Virus record (IMG/VR): IMGVR_UViG_3300032116_000190
Span: 1 to 62,279 of that record
DNA: 62,279 nt
DNA from: a virus
Lineage: Duplodnaviria; Caudoviricetes
Strand: one strand, 5' to 3'
Below, piece after piece: positions 27,557-35,607 of this stretch. The notes beneath the pieces are model-generated. The model saw only the letters and a list, made by a program, of their open reading frames with translations. It was not told the DNA's origin and ran no database searches. Numbering within the stretch: position 1 is the first letter of the stretch; the number at the start of each line of letters is the position of its first letter. A program made the translations under genes and the position numbers.

Positions 27557-27664
27557 TGATTTTTTGATATATGCTGCAAGGGAATCGAACCCTTTCACAC
27601 CAGCTACTCAGTTGCATAGGAATCGAACCTATAAGAACCATCACAGCGTATATCAAAAAAATCA
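27557..27664 (-). ncRNA. Structured RNA with two T-arm hairpins on a long closing stem
   Basis: TTTTTTGATATACGCTG...ATAGG-TTCGATT-CCTAT...AAGGG-TTCGATT-CCCTT...CAGCATATATCAAAAAA. Confidence 0.65.
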
Positions 27665-27668
27665 ACAA

Positions 27669-27732
27669 TGTCAAAGAACAGTCAATTGCTTGACTATGTT
27701 CTGAATATACGACATGTTAGGATGAATGTCAA
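27669..27732 (-). promoter_or_regulatory. Promoter + hairpin + boxA-like leader
   Basis: TTGACA..TATATT, AGTCAA-GCAA-TTGACT, TGTTCTTTGACA. Confidence 0.7.
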
Positions 27733-27751
27733 GAAGTTTTTTCAAAAAGTT

Positions 27752-27826
27752 TGGCACAGGTGCCAGGATTTGAACCCGGACGAACGGTTTTGGAGACCGT
27801 CATGCTACCGTTAACATCACACCTGC
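27752..27826 (-). tRNA. tRNA-Trp(CCA)
   Basis: Cloverleaf, G73, CCA. Confidence 0.95.
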
Positions 27827-27834
27827 ACGAAATT

Positions 27835-28236
27835 TTAAAAGTGAATTACACCTGAGTCAATGACCGGATGCTCATCATCTGTGCGATCAACTACAGTATA
27901 TGTAATCTTAGTTGTACCGAACTCCTTGAGCATTTCAGCAACATCTTCTAGCTGAAAGTCTTTGCAACTGTAAAGATCAAACTTATAGAAAGCTGGCTTG
28001 TCGTCCTCGCTCCCCCAAAAATGTATACTACTATGACTAGTAGTGATTCCTACCATTCCAGTAACGCCTTCGTTACCTTCATCATCACACCAGACGCAAA
28101 TAGGATCAATTAGCACCTTCATATCCACTGCTTCTACCAAACGGAGAAACCAATCGTGAAGTGCGGGGACGAATGCAGGGCCGGGTGCCTCTGCTAGGTA
28201 TCCTGTGATAAGGACATGCTTATTAACTTGAGCCAA
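27835..28236 (-). CDS. speD: S-adenosylmethionine decarboxylase proenzyme
   Basis: GVTGMVGITTSHSSIHFW..DLYSCKDF. Confidence 0.8.
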   Translation of the reverse strand: MAQVNKHVLITGYLAEAPGPAFVPALHDWFLRLVEAVDMKVLIDPICVWCDDEGNEGVTGMVGITTSHSSIHFWGSEDDKPAFYKFDLYSCKDFQLEDVAEMLKEFGTTKITYTVVDRTDDEHPVIDSGVIHF

Positions 28237-28337
28237 CTCATAAAACCTTTCGTTTCAATTTTACTGTCAGACAGCGAAATAATATTTATCACAAAAGGAA
28301 AAACTACAGATATTAAATCTGTAGTTCTTCTTGAATA

Positions 28338-28412
28338 TGGTACCTCGTGACGGGATTGAACCGCCGGCCTTGACCGTGTAAAGGTCCTGCTCTACCGCTG
28401 AGCTAACGAGGC
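28338..28412 (-). tRNA. tRNA-Val(TAC)
   Basis: Cloverleaf, CCA. Confidence 0.95.
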
Positions 28413-28420
28413 TCTATATA

Positions 28421-28497
<77 letters not shown>

Positions 28498-28591
28498 TAC
28501 TAAACTCTGTGTAGCATTTTAGACTGCGCTACACGACAGTGGGGCTATCACCCTCGCCAGATACTTTTTGAGGAAGTATCAAACCTATCTT

Positions 28592-28667
28592 TGGTGGAGA
28601 ATAGCGGGATCGAACCGCTGACCTCCTGAATGCAAATCAGGCGCTCTCCCATCTGAGCTAATTCCCC
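28592..28667 (-). tRNA. tRNA-Ala(TGC)
   Basis: Cloverleaf, G3:U70, CCA. Confidence 0.95.
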
Positions 28668-28710
28668 ATGAAACTATTTATAACTTACTAATATCCTCAA
28701 ACAAAAAGAA

Positions 28711-28787
28711 TGGCGACCCCGGCAGGGCTCGAACCTGCAACCCCAAGTTTAGAAGACTCGTACTCTATCCAGTTGAGCTACGGGGCC
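28711..28787 (-). tRNA. tRNA-Arg(TCT)
   Basis: Cloverleaf, CCA. Confidence 0.95.
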
Positions 28788-28867
28788 AATCTCTAATTCT
28801 TTATCAATATAGTATGTCTTAAAGGAAAAGTCAACAGTTTTTTGCCGTTGACTTAACCTTTTTTGTA

Positions 28868-28943
28868 TGGTGCCCGCAGACGGATTCGAACCGCCGACCT
28901 ACTGCTTACAAGGCAGTTGCGCTACCAGCTGTGCCATACGGGC
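28868..28943 (-). tRNA. tRNA-Thr(TGT)
   Basis: Cloverleaf, CCA. Confidence 0.95.
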
Positions 28944-28949
28944 AATATT

Positions 28950-29024
28950 TGGCTCCCTGAGTAGGATTCGAACCTACGACCAATTGATTAACAGTCAACT
29001 GCGCTACCGCTGCGCCATCAGGGA
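28950..29024 (-). tRNA. tRNA-Asn(GTT)
   Basis: Cloverleaf, CCA. Confidence 0.95.
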
Positions 29025-29075
29025 ATGAACTGTTTGAACTATTTAATCTGCTTATAGCAGCTTGACAAATAAATG

Positions 29076-29642
29076 TCAAGCCGCTAATTGCAAGATTCTA
29101 CTGTGCTTTGGGACACCTGAAATCAAGTAGTCCATCTGATCTGCAAGAATACTGCGATTCTGCAAAATCAAACTCTCATAGTGATTCGGCTCGTAGGGGA
29201 CATATCTCAATTCCATACCCGATTCCTTAAGAGACTTACAGCCCTTCTTTTGGTTACAGTTAAAGCAAGCAGTAACAACGTTCATCCACGTGTCCTCACC
29301 ACCGTGGTAACGAGGAACAATGTGGTCACGACTCAAATCATACTTGCTTACAAAGTGCTTTCCACAGTAAGCACAGATATGACGGTCACGAGCGAACAAC
29401 GTTTGGTTAGTCAAGATGACCTTGTTGTGCTTCTTGAAATCAAAGCCATTACCCTTAACAGCGATAATACTGGGAGTCTCAAGATAACTCTGCTCACCGT
29501 TGCTTTGAATACCACCGCGGTATCTGGCAACTACATCACCTAGAGTCCATGCTACCAGGTTCTTTGCGTGATACGAAATTGCTTCGTCGTGGGAGACCCA
29601 CGTGCGCGGGATACCCGATATGTCTAAGGCTAGTACTGCCAT
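29076..29642 (-). CDS. HNH endonuclease
   Basis: LFARDRHICAYCG..DHIVPRYHGG..WMNVVTAC..CN..K. Confidence 0.9.
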   Translation of the reverse strand: MAVLALDISGIPRTWVSHDEAISYHAKNLVAWTLGDVVARYRGGIQSNGEQSYLETPSIIAVKGNGFDFKKHNKVILTNQTLFARDRHICAYCGKHFVSKYDLSRDHIVPRYHGGEDTWMNVVTACFNCNQKKGCKSLKESGMELRYVPYEPNHYESLILQNRSILADQMDYLISGVPKHSRILQLAA

Positions 29643-29749
29643 GTTATGCTCCTGTCTGTAAAAATATTTAGACTGTCATTATTATATACACTATGATTGG
29701 ACTTAATGCAACCATAATTTATAAATACATTATCAGCCTTGTAAAAAAC

Positions 29750-29835
29750 TGGTGCCCAAGAAAAGACTCGAACTTTCACGGGCTTTCGCCCACAACGACC
29801 TCAACGTTGCGTGTCTACCATTCCACCACCTGGGC
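29750..29835 (-). tRNA. tRNA-Leu(GAG)
   Basis: Class II cloverleaf, CCA. Confidence 0.95.
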
Positions 29836-29843
29836 AATTAATT

Positions 29844-29934
29844 TGGTACTCCTGCTCGGATTTGAACCGAGACCGTCCCCTAATCTGGGCTCCGGGATAT
29901 AAATCCGGCCGCTCTACCGTTAAGCTACAGGAGT
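29844..29934 (-). tRNA. Atypical tRNA, TAT (Ile) anticodon, long variable arm
   Basis: CCGGA-TTTATAT-CCCGG, ~20-nt variable region, CCA. Confidence 0.75.
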
Positions 29935-29935
29935 A

Positions 29936-30589
29936 TTAGATTTTAAATGTGAATGCAAAACTAAGCGTGTTATCTTCACGCCAGTCTTTCGTGTACAAGT
30001 CTTGAATTGAAAAACTCGTCTTCTCTGAAAGCTTGTATTTTATTTCTGCTCTATTCTGAATGAAGGTTCTTGAACCCTGCTCAATCAAAAATTGATTGCT
30101 TACAGTAAGCTTCTTGTTTAACTTATGACTAATCCATAAGCTTTCACGAACTACTATGTCGCTATATCCACCTGTACCGTGCTTGTAACCTACACTAAGT
30201 TCATTAGATATTCTAGTTCTATCGTTCTTTACGATTCTAAACCCGTGTCCGATGCTATAAACTACTTGATCTTCTGCAAATGTTCTAGGATCATGTCTAT
30301 AGCGAATACCGACTTGAACATAATGGTCGGGATGAATGTCCTGATTGATCTTAGCAAAAGCGTTGATCTGCTCTCTAGAAGCTACGCCATTACTACTCTT
30401 GTATAGAATGTCACTTTCAAATGAATATTCTCTAGGACCTGTGTCAGTAACATGTTTGAAGGCTCCAGTGAGTACGATGTTATCATCATTGATAATCGTG
30501 CCACCTAACGAACCTGATGTTTCTCTCTCAACCTGTGCATGTGCAGGGAAAGAGAATAGTAATGCTATTGCTAAAATAAGTTTTTTCAT
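29936..30589 (-). CDS. Outer-membrane beta-barrel protein (DUF481-like)
   Basis: Signal peptide AHA-Q, alternating beta strands, C-terminal LSFAFTFKI. Confidence 0.7.
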   Translation of the reverse strand: MKKLILAIALLFSFPAHAQVERETSGSLGGTIINDDNIVLTGAFKHVTDTGPREYSFESDILYKSSNGVASREQINAFAKINQDIHPDHYVQVGIRYRHDPRTFAEDQVVYSIGHGFRIVKNDRTRISNELSVGYKHGTGGYSDIVVRESLWISHKLNKKLTVSNQFLIEQGSRTFIQNRAEIKYKLSEKTSFSIQDLYTKDWREDNTLSFAFTFKI

Positions 30590-30619
30590 TATTGTCTCCC
30601 ACATTACTATTTAGTAATA

Positions 30620-30695
30620 TGGTGCTCTATACAGGAGTCGAACCTGTTATCTCCGGGTTACGAATCCGGCGCATCGCCAGCAATGCTTATAGAGC
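30620..30695 (-). tRNA. tRNA-Thr(CGT)
   Basis: Cloverleaf, CCA. Confidence 0.9.
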
Positions 30696-30709
30696 ATTGA
30701 ATATATTTA

Positions 30710-30889
30710 TAATGGGCCTGTCACCACAACATTGACAGCATTACCGAGAAATTAAAGGGCCCTCTCAGTAGGGTACGTTGTTGAAGTCGTTGTCAGGCGG
30801 TTTCTATGTTGCGTACTTGCACCGTCACCCTTTACAAAGATTCAAACGGCCATTCTAGCCTCTGTGACTATTACTTCCAACACCCATTA
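30710..30889 (-). ncRNA. Candidate ~180-nt structured RNA
   Basis: TAATGGGT...GCCCATTA closing stem with internal stems. Confidence 0.45.
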
Positions 30890-30970
30890 CAAACTTGATG
30901 TAGCGACCCAGCTTCCGTATGTACGTGCGACTTCTGGGATATACCGTACAGCTACGCTACAAACTCTAAA

Positions 30971-31067
30971 TGCAACGTTGGGAATCGAACCCAACTCCTG
31001 GCCTCTTGATGCCTACCCATCCTTCCGGACTCTCGGACTTCCTGTGCTACCATTACACCACGCTGCA
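30971..31067 (-). ncRNA. tRNA scaffold with anticodon arm replaced by GGA-rich insert
   Basis: Acceptor TGCAGCG/CGTTGCA, D arm, T arm TTGGG-TTCGATT-CCCAA, no CCA. Confidence 0.7.
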
Positions 31068-31071
31068 ATAT

Positions 31072-31156
31072 TGGTGCCCCGAGAGGGACTTGAACCCCCA
31101 CGCCCGAAGGCAAAAGATTTTGAGTCTTCCGCGTCTACCGATTCCACCATCGGGGC
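31072..31156 (-). tRNA. tRNA-Leu(CAA)
   Basis: Class II cloverleaf, CCA. Confidence 0.95.
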
Positions 31157-31296
31157 AATAAACTAGGCCCGGGATTGTTATACTGCATACGGGCGGCGCA
31201 GTATCGGTTCAGCAGTTTGGGTTCTATGTTAAGTGACCCTCATAGTGTGCCTTGAAATAACACTCCGGAATGTTATCTCTTCCGATTTCTGAAACT

Positions 31297-31381
31297 TGGT
31301 ACGGATGAAGGGACTCGAACCCCCACGATGTGAATCGCCAGGACCTAAACCTGGTGCGTCTACCAATTCCGCCACATCCGC
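31297..31381 (-). tRNA. tRNA-Leu(TAG)
   Basis: Class II cloverleaf, CCA. Confidence 0.95.
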
Positions 31382-31394
31382 ATGTTAACTCTAT

Positions 31395-31922
31395 TTATAA
31401 CCACCACAATAGACTTTTAGGTAAATCTTGTGGTCTGATCGTATACCATATAGGCAACGTATATCTTAATCCGTTACTAACTTGTGTAACACCATGCTCA
31501 AGTTTATGACCATTATATGCTACAATCCTACCGGGTTTGGGCTGAACTTCAACTCGTTCCCCGTTACTCTTGTTAATAAACGTGTGTCCCCCATCAAAAT
31601 CATCATTAAGATAAAGAACGCTAGTGCAAAGCCCCCATTCACCTGCTTGCATATCAAAGTGAGCCATATGCTCATTCTGCCGGCACTCAATGTGGGCACG
31701 TTGAACCATTAGATTGTCAGGTACATGTTTCATTATAAGAGAAACTTTCTCTTTAATAAAATCATCTACTGGCTTACGTGTATAATGAGGTACAATCGCT
31801 TTGAAAGGATAGTTATATCCGTAATCTGTTCCTAACAGAGAACTTGAGTAATAGTCTATCAAGCTATTACAATCCTCAATGCTCAAAACATCATCAATGA
31901 TTGTTACTTCATCATCAAACAT
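31395..31922 (-). CDS. 2OG-Fe(II) oxygenase
   Basis: HFD..LYLNDDFDGG..HGV..RY. Confidence 0.9.
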   Translation of the reverse strand: MFDDEVTIIDDVLSIEDCNSLIDYYSSSLLGTDYGYNYPFKAIVPHYTRKPVDDFIKEKVSLIMKHVPDNLMVQRAHIECRQNEHMAHFDMQAGEWGLCTSVLYLNDDFDGGHTFINKSNGERVEVQPKPGRIVAYNGHKLEHGVTQVSNGLRYTLPIWYTIRPQDLPKSLLWWL

Positions 31923-31928
31923 AATGTA

Positions 31929-32066
31929 TTTACTCGCCGTGACTCGTATCTCAAATTAAGTCACTGGTAGTCTCTCTCAACTACTGCTACGGCCTTCGGG
32001 TACACTCTCGCTCGGATTGAGAATAGAGCAAGGTCACATACGGCATACCGTACACACACGAGTAAA
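31929..32066 (-). ncRNA. Candidate multibranch RNA
   Basis: TTTACTCGT...GCGAGTAAA closing stem with four internal helices. Confidence 0.5.
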
Positions 32067-32069
32067 ATC

Positions 32070-32145
32070 TGGTGCACGGAGACGGGCTCGAACCGCCGAC
32101 ACTCTGGGCTTCAACCAAATGCTCTACCAACTGAGCTACCCGTGC
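32070..32145 (-). tRNA. tRNA-Phe(GAA)
   Basis: Cloverleaf, CCA. Confidence 0.95.
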
Positions 32146-32159
32146 AAAAATTATCACAA

Positions 32160-32247
32160 TGTCAAAGAGCATAGAGAGCGAAACTAACTAAGACTTTCCG
32201 ACGCTCTCTATGTTCTCTTTATAGCAGGTTCACTATGTTATGTCAAC
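32160..32247 (-). promoter_or_regulatory. Promoter + hairpin + boxA leader
   Basis: TTGACA..GCTATAA, ATAGAGAGCG/CGCTCTCTAT hairpin, TGCTCTTTGACA. Confidence 0.75.
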
Positions 32248-32249
32248 CT

Positions 32250-32876
32250 TTATTTTATACCTGGATCAACCAAACCTAACTGATCAAATGCCCAAGCTCT
32301 TTCATTACACCTATTACACCCATTGCATCTACCATCTATATTGTATACGCAACTATGTGTCAATAGAAAAAGCTGTTCAATATTCAACTTTGTTATCATA
32401 TCAACGACATGTGCCTTTGTCAAATCTTTAAGAGGATTTTTTACAAATTCCTTATCTACAGGAACATATGGAGTAGGAACACCATGCAGTGCATGTTCAG
32501 CTAATATCTTTATATGCCCCATATAAAGTATGTTGCTAGGTTCTTTTAGAACTACACTCATACCTTCTGCTACTTGAAGATTACTATCTGTACTAACTAT
32601 CGGTATGTAGTTGGTAGTTGTTCTGTCAGCTTGCAGCGTATCATGCACGTAGTCTATTACCAACTGTGCATGATTTTTAGAACCATCTTGTCGCTCTAAT
32701 GTGTATGGAGTAACAACGTATCTATCATCTTCTAGTGAAAGCTTTTTCACGAGATAATAGAGCAGTGCGCTATCTAGTCCACCGCTGACTAAAACTGCAA
32801 TTCTTCGTCTAAGTAAAGACAGTTGCAGTTTAAAAGCAGTGTTATCATACAGCAACAATTCTATTTTAGGAGTCAT
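32250..32876 (-). CDS. QueC-like PP-loop protein
   Basis: VSGGLDS..THSC..CNGCNRCNER. Confidence 0.7.
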   Translation of the reverse strand: MTPKIELLLYDNTAFKLQLSLLRRRIAVLVSGGLDSALLYYLVKKLSLEDDRYVVTPYTLERQDGSKNHAQLVIDYVHDTLQADRTTTNYIPIVSTDSNLQVAEGMSVVLKEPSNILYMGHIKILAEHALHGVPTPYVPVDKEFVKNPLKDLTKAHVVDMITKLNIEQLFLLTHSCVYNIDGRCNGCNRCNERAWAFDQLGLVDPGIK

Positions 32877-32917
32877 GTATCTATTTACATTTAGAAACTG
32901 CTGCTGTCAGTATTATT

Positions 32918-32992
32918 TGGTAGCCCGAACGGGTTTCGATCCCGCTTCTTCTCCTTGAAAGGGAGGTATCCTAGCCACTAGACGACCGGGCC
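32918..32992 (-). tRNA. tRNA-Glu(TTC), second copy
   Basis: Body nearly identical to the Glu(CTC) gene at 17035; T-loop ATCGAAA. Confidence 0.9.
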
Positions 32993-32998
32993 ATGTAT

Positions 32999-33074
32999 TG
33001 GTGGAGCCTAAGGGAATCGAACCCTTGACCTTTTGTCTGCCAGACAAACGCTCTCCCAACTGAGCTAAGGCCCC
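32999..33074 (-). tRNA. tRNA-Ala(GGC)
   Basis: Cloverleaf, CCA. Confidence 0.95.
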
Positions 33075-33130
33075 GAATATTTTTACCTGTACGTTTCTGC
33101 TACGTTAAATATCATATAACGGAGAAACGA

Positions 33131-33868
33131 ATGAAAATTGCAGTAGTAAGCACCGGCAGAAGTAGATGCACTTTAGTAGCACTTTATCTGCATGAACTTC
33201 ACCGCGAAACAGAATATTGCAGAGAGTATTATACAGAATTAAATTGGGAAGGCAAATCTGATTTAGTAAGCCTTACCGAAGAACTTATGCAAAAAGAGAA
33301 TTTTGTCATTAAGATAATGTCATGCAATCTTTATGAAGGGTATGACCCATCGGTTTTTAGATTTGAAGAATATGACGAACTTCATCTAATTGAGCGCCAC
33401 GACTTTTTTGAACAAGCATGTAGTTGGCACATAGCGCGCCGAACTAATTTATATCATTTACGAAATGATATAGAAAATAGTGGTGCCAAAGAGTATGATG
33501 GCGTAAGAAAGCTAAGAAGCAAAGTGACCTTAGGCAATATCAAAGAAGGTGCAGAATATGTTGATACATATATTAAGTTTAAGCGTTACATAATAGAGAA
33601 CAATTTAAAATTTACATTGCACACATATGAAAGTGCTAAGGAATTTGATAAGAAGCAAAGCGTTACTGAGGATAGCAATCTTAACTACAATGAACTCATA
33701 ACCAACTATCACTTAAAGGATGAGGTTAATGCATTGTTCAATGAATGCTTTTCATATGAAAACTTAACCAGCGATTTAGTAACATTTAAACGAAAAGTCA
33801 GTGAAGTGAAAGGACTTCGTTCTCTACAAAGCTTTGCAAACAAAATGACTAAAGTTTGGAATGAGTGA
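33131..33868 (+). CDS. Sulfotransferase-fold-like hypothetical protein
   Basis: STGRSRCT..ERHDFFEQACSW..YE. Confidence 0.5.
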   Translation: MKIAVVSTGRSRCTLVALYLHELHRETEYCREYYTELNWEGKSDLVSLTEELMQKENFVIKIMSCNLYEGYDPSVFRFEEYDELHLIERHDFFEQACSWHIARRTNLYHLRNDIENSGAKEYDGVRKLRSKVTLGNIKEGAEYVDTYIKFKRYIIENNLKFTLHTYESAKEFDKKQSVTEDSNLNYNELITNYHLKDEVNALFNECFSYENLTSDLVTFKRKVSEVKGLRSLQSFANKMTKVWNE

Positions 33869-34014
33869 GGGTTCCCAATCAATCATCGCATAAGCGGCTT
33901 TTTTACAGCTATACCCACAACGCTCTAACCTCTTAAACTCTCGGGGGAGTTGCACTGTCCCCCTTCCTCCACAAAGCTATTGTGCAACGCTTCATAGAGA
34001 GTACCTCTTTAACC

Positions 34015-34090
34015 TGGTCGGGAAGACAGGGATTGAACCTGCGACCTCGGCGTCCCGAACGCCGCGCTCTCCCACCTGAGCTACTTCCCG
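34015..34090 (-). tRNA. tRNA-Pro(CGG)
   Basis: Cloverleaf, CCA. Confidence 0.95.
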
Positions 34091-34243
34091 TTGTTATTCT
34101 TTAATCTATCAAATGCACGTTTCATCCGTGCTTTAGTTTCTTCTGCTTCTTTACCTTTGAGAACCTTTACGCCCTCAAACACACGGTTACTCGTGTAGTT
34201 GCTAAAGTCGGGTAAATCAGACTTCATAATGATTTCCTTTAAG

Positions 34244-34320
34244 TGGTCGGGGTAGCCGGATTTGAACCGACGACCACTTGTCCCCCAGACAAGTGCGCTA
34301 CCAGGCTGCGCTATACCCCG
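34244..34320 (-). tRNA. tRNA-Pro(GGG)
   Basis: Cloverleaf, CCA. Confidence 0.95.
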
Positions 34321-34326
34321 TTGAAA

Positions 34327-34392
34327 TGGCCGCCCGCATTATGTTTCATGCTACTAGAACCATATAAACAGTATGTCATAGCAGCGCAGGCG
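34327..34392 (-). ncRNA. CCA-ended armless tRNA-like RNA
   Basis: CGCCTGC/GCGGGCG-G-CCA acceptor, one internal stem, A-rich linker. Confidence 0.55.
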
Positions 34393-34403
34393 ATAAGTTA
34401 AAA

Positions 34404-34501
34404 ATGCAGTTTAGGCGGGCGGGATTCGAACCCGCAAGGGCCAGTTGCGAAACCGGCGTGTCTATCCACTTCCACCACCGTAACGTTCGTCTAAACTGCA
34501 T
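34404..34501 (-). ncRNA. tRNA-like RNA with extended closing stem and no CCA
   Basis: ATGCAGTTTAGACG/CGCCTAAACTGCAT; D arm; GCCGG-TTTCGCAA-CTGGC; T arm. Confidence 0.7.
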
Positions 34502-34506
34502 AATAT

Positions 34507-34596
34507 TGGCGGAGTCGGTGGGATTTGAACCCACGGTACCCTTGCAGGTACAACACCTTTCCAGGGTGTCACAATCGGCCGCTCTGTCACGACTCC
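34507..34596 (-). tRNA. tRNA-Ser(GGA)
   Basis: Class II cloverleaf, CCA. Confidence 0.95.
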
Positions 34597-34607
34597 AACT
34601 GTTTAGC

Positions 34608-35168
34608 TTAGTATGGATAAATCCATTTTTTATTCTTGAGTTTTGCTTGAATGTTAGGATGCTCTACTACCATCTTAATAGATGATTTTTGCCAAGAGGG
34701 TAATTTACTCTTAGGGTCCTTCAGTTTCTTAGCAGAATTAATAAACTTATGTGATAGATTCCATAAGTTATTTCCGCCGCCTTTACCATGTAAGAAGCCA
34801 AACAATTTTACATACCCATGAAGAACAACGTGACAATCGTGACACAACTGCACTAAATCCTCATACCTTTCGTTGCCGTAGTATCGCTTATAGGTGTGAT
34901 GATGTAGTTGTAGAGCGGAATCTACGCAGTGACAAAGTTCGCATTTAGCAGTTTTATTATTTTTAAAATAAATTGACCACCACCATTTCTTCTTAGCTAC
35001 CCATTCGGTACTTTTTAAATATGCAAATCGTTTGGGGGTATCAAGAAGAATAGTAATATCAGTGTCGTTTTTTGTTCGCCATACCTTAGATGATAGAATC
35101 CTAGGGCGATTGGCGCCTTTCTTTTCGCTGATTAGGGCTTCTCTTAGTTTTTTTAGCTTATCTGACAT
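34608..35168 (-). CDS. HNH-like endonuclease
   Basis: CELC..LQLHHHTY..E..DLVQLCHDCH..H. Confidence 0.8.
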   Translation of the reverse strand: MSDKLKKLREALISEKKGANRPRILSSKVWRTKNDTDITILLDTPKRFAYLKSTEWVAKKKWWWSIYFKNNKTAKCELCHCVDSALQLHHHTYKRYYGNERYEDLVQLCHDCHVVLHGYVKLFGFLHGKGGGNNLWNLSHKFINSAKKLKDPKSKLPSWQKSSIKMVVEHPNIQAKLKNKKWIYPY

Positions 35169-35187
35169 TCATCTATTTACATTGATA

Positions 35188-35251
35188 TGGCGCGCCCGCT
35201 ATTTTTCTATACTGGGGCTACTTTCGGAAGGTAGTCCATACATACGGGCGC
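35188..35251 (-). ncRNA. CCA-ended armless tRNA-Arg(CCG)-like RNA
   Basis: GCGCCCG/CGGGCGC-G-CCA; hairpin loop CTTCCGAAA; no D or T arm. Confidence 0.6.
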
Positions 35252-35317
35252 ATAAGAAGGGGGCAGCGGTAACGTTTGTTCGTCACTATTGTAGTGGGTA
35301 TCACTCGCCGCCATAAG

Positions 35318-35509
35318 TTAAATTCCGAGAAACTGCATTACTAGCTTGAAGGGCCAGACATGTTCCCAGAGAAAGTGTTCTAGTGGATAGCTGATAGTTA
35401 CGCCAATCCAAAATCTATAATCAGTAATCAAATTTGAACACGAATTCATACAACGAACTAACAGTCCAGTCTTCTTATCTTCGTGATAATGAGGTTCTTG
35501 CAATGGCAT
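35318..35509 (-). CDS. Small hypothetical membrane protein
   Basis: 63-aa ORF with AGGA RBS. Confidence 0.6.
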   Translation of the reverse strand: MPLQEPHYHEDKKTGLLVRCMNSCSNLITDYRFWIGVTISYPLEHFLWEHVWPFKLVMQFLGI

Positions 35510-35525
35510 AAATTATCCTTAAAAA

Positions 35526-35600
35526 TGGTACACCCTATCTGGTTTGAACAGATGACCTTCGCTGAGTCAAAGCGATGCTCTACCGCTGAGCTAAGGGTGC
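35526..35600 (-). tRNA. tRNA-Val(GAC)
   Basis: Cloverleaf, unusual T37-C38, CCA. Confidence 0.9.
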
Positions 35601-35607
35601 ATGAAAC

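Noticed and set aside
30710-30889. Possible minimal RNase P RNA or tmRNA
   Set aside because: Lacks the GAGGAAAGTCC/P4 signature and the tmRNA acceptor/tag pattern
32250-32876. Complete 7-deazaguanine pathway
   Set aside because: Only a QueC-like gene is visible; no folE, queD, queE or dpdA in the window
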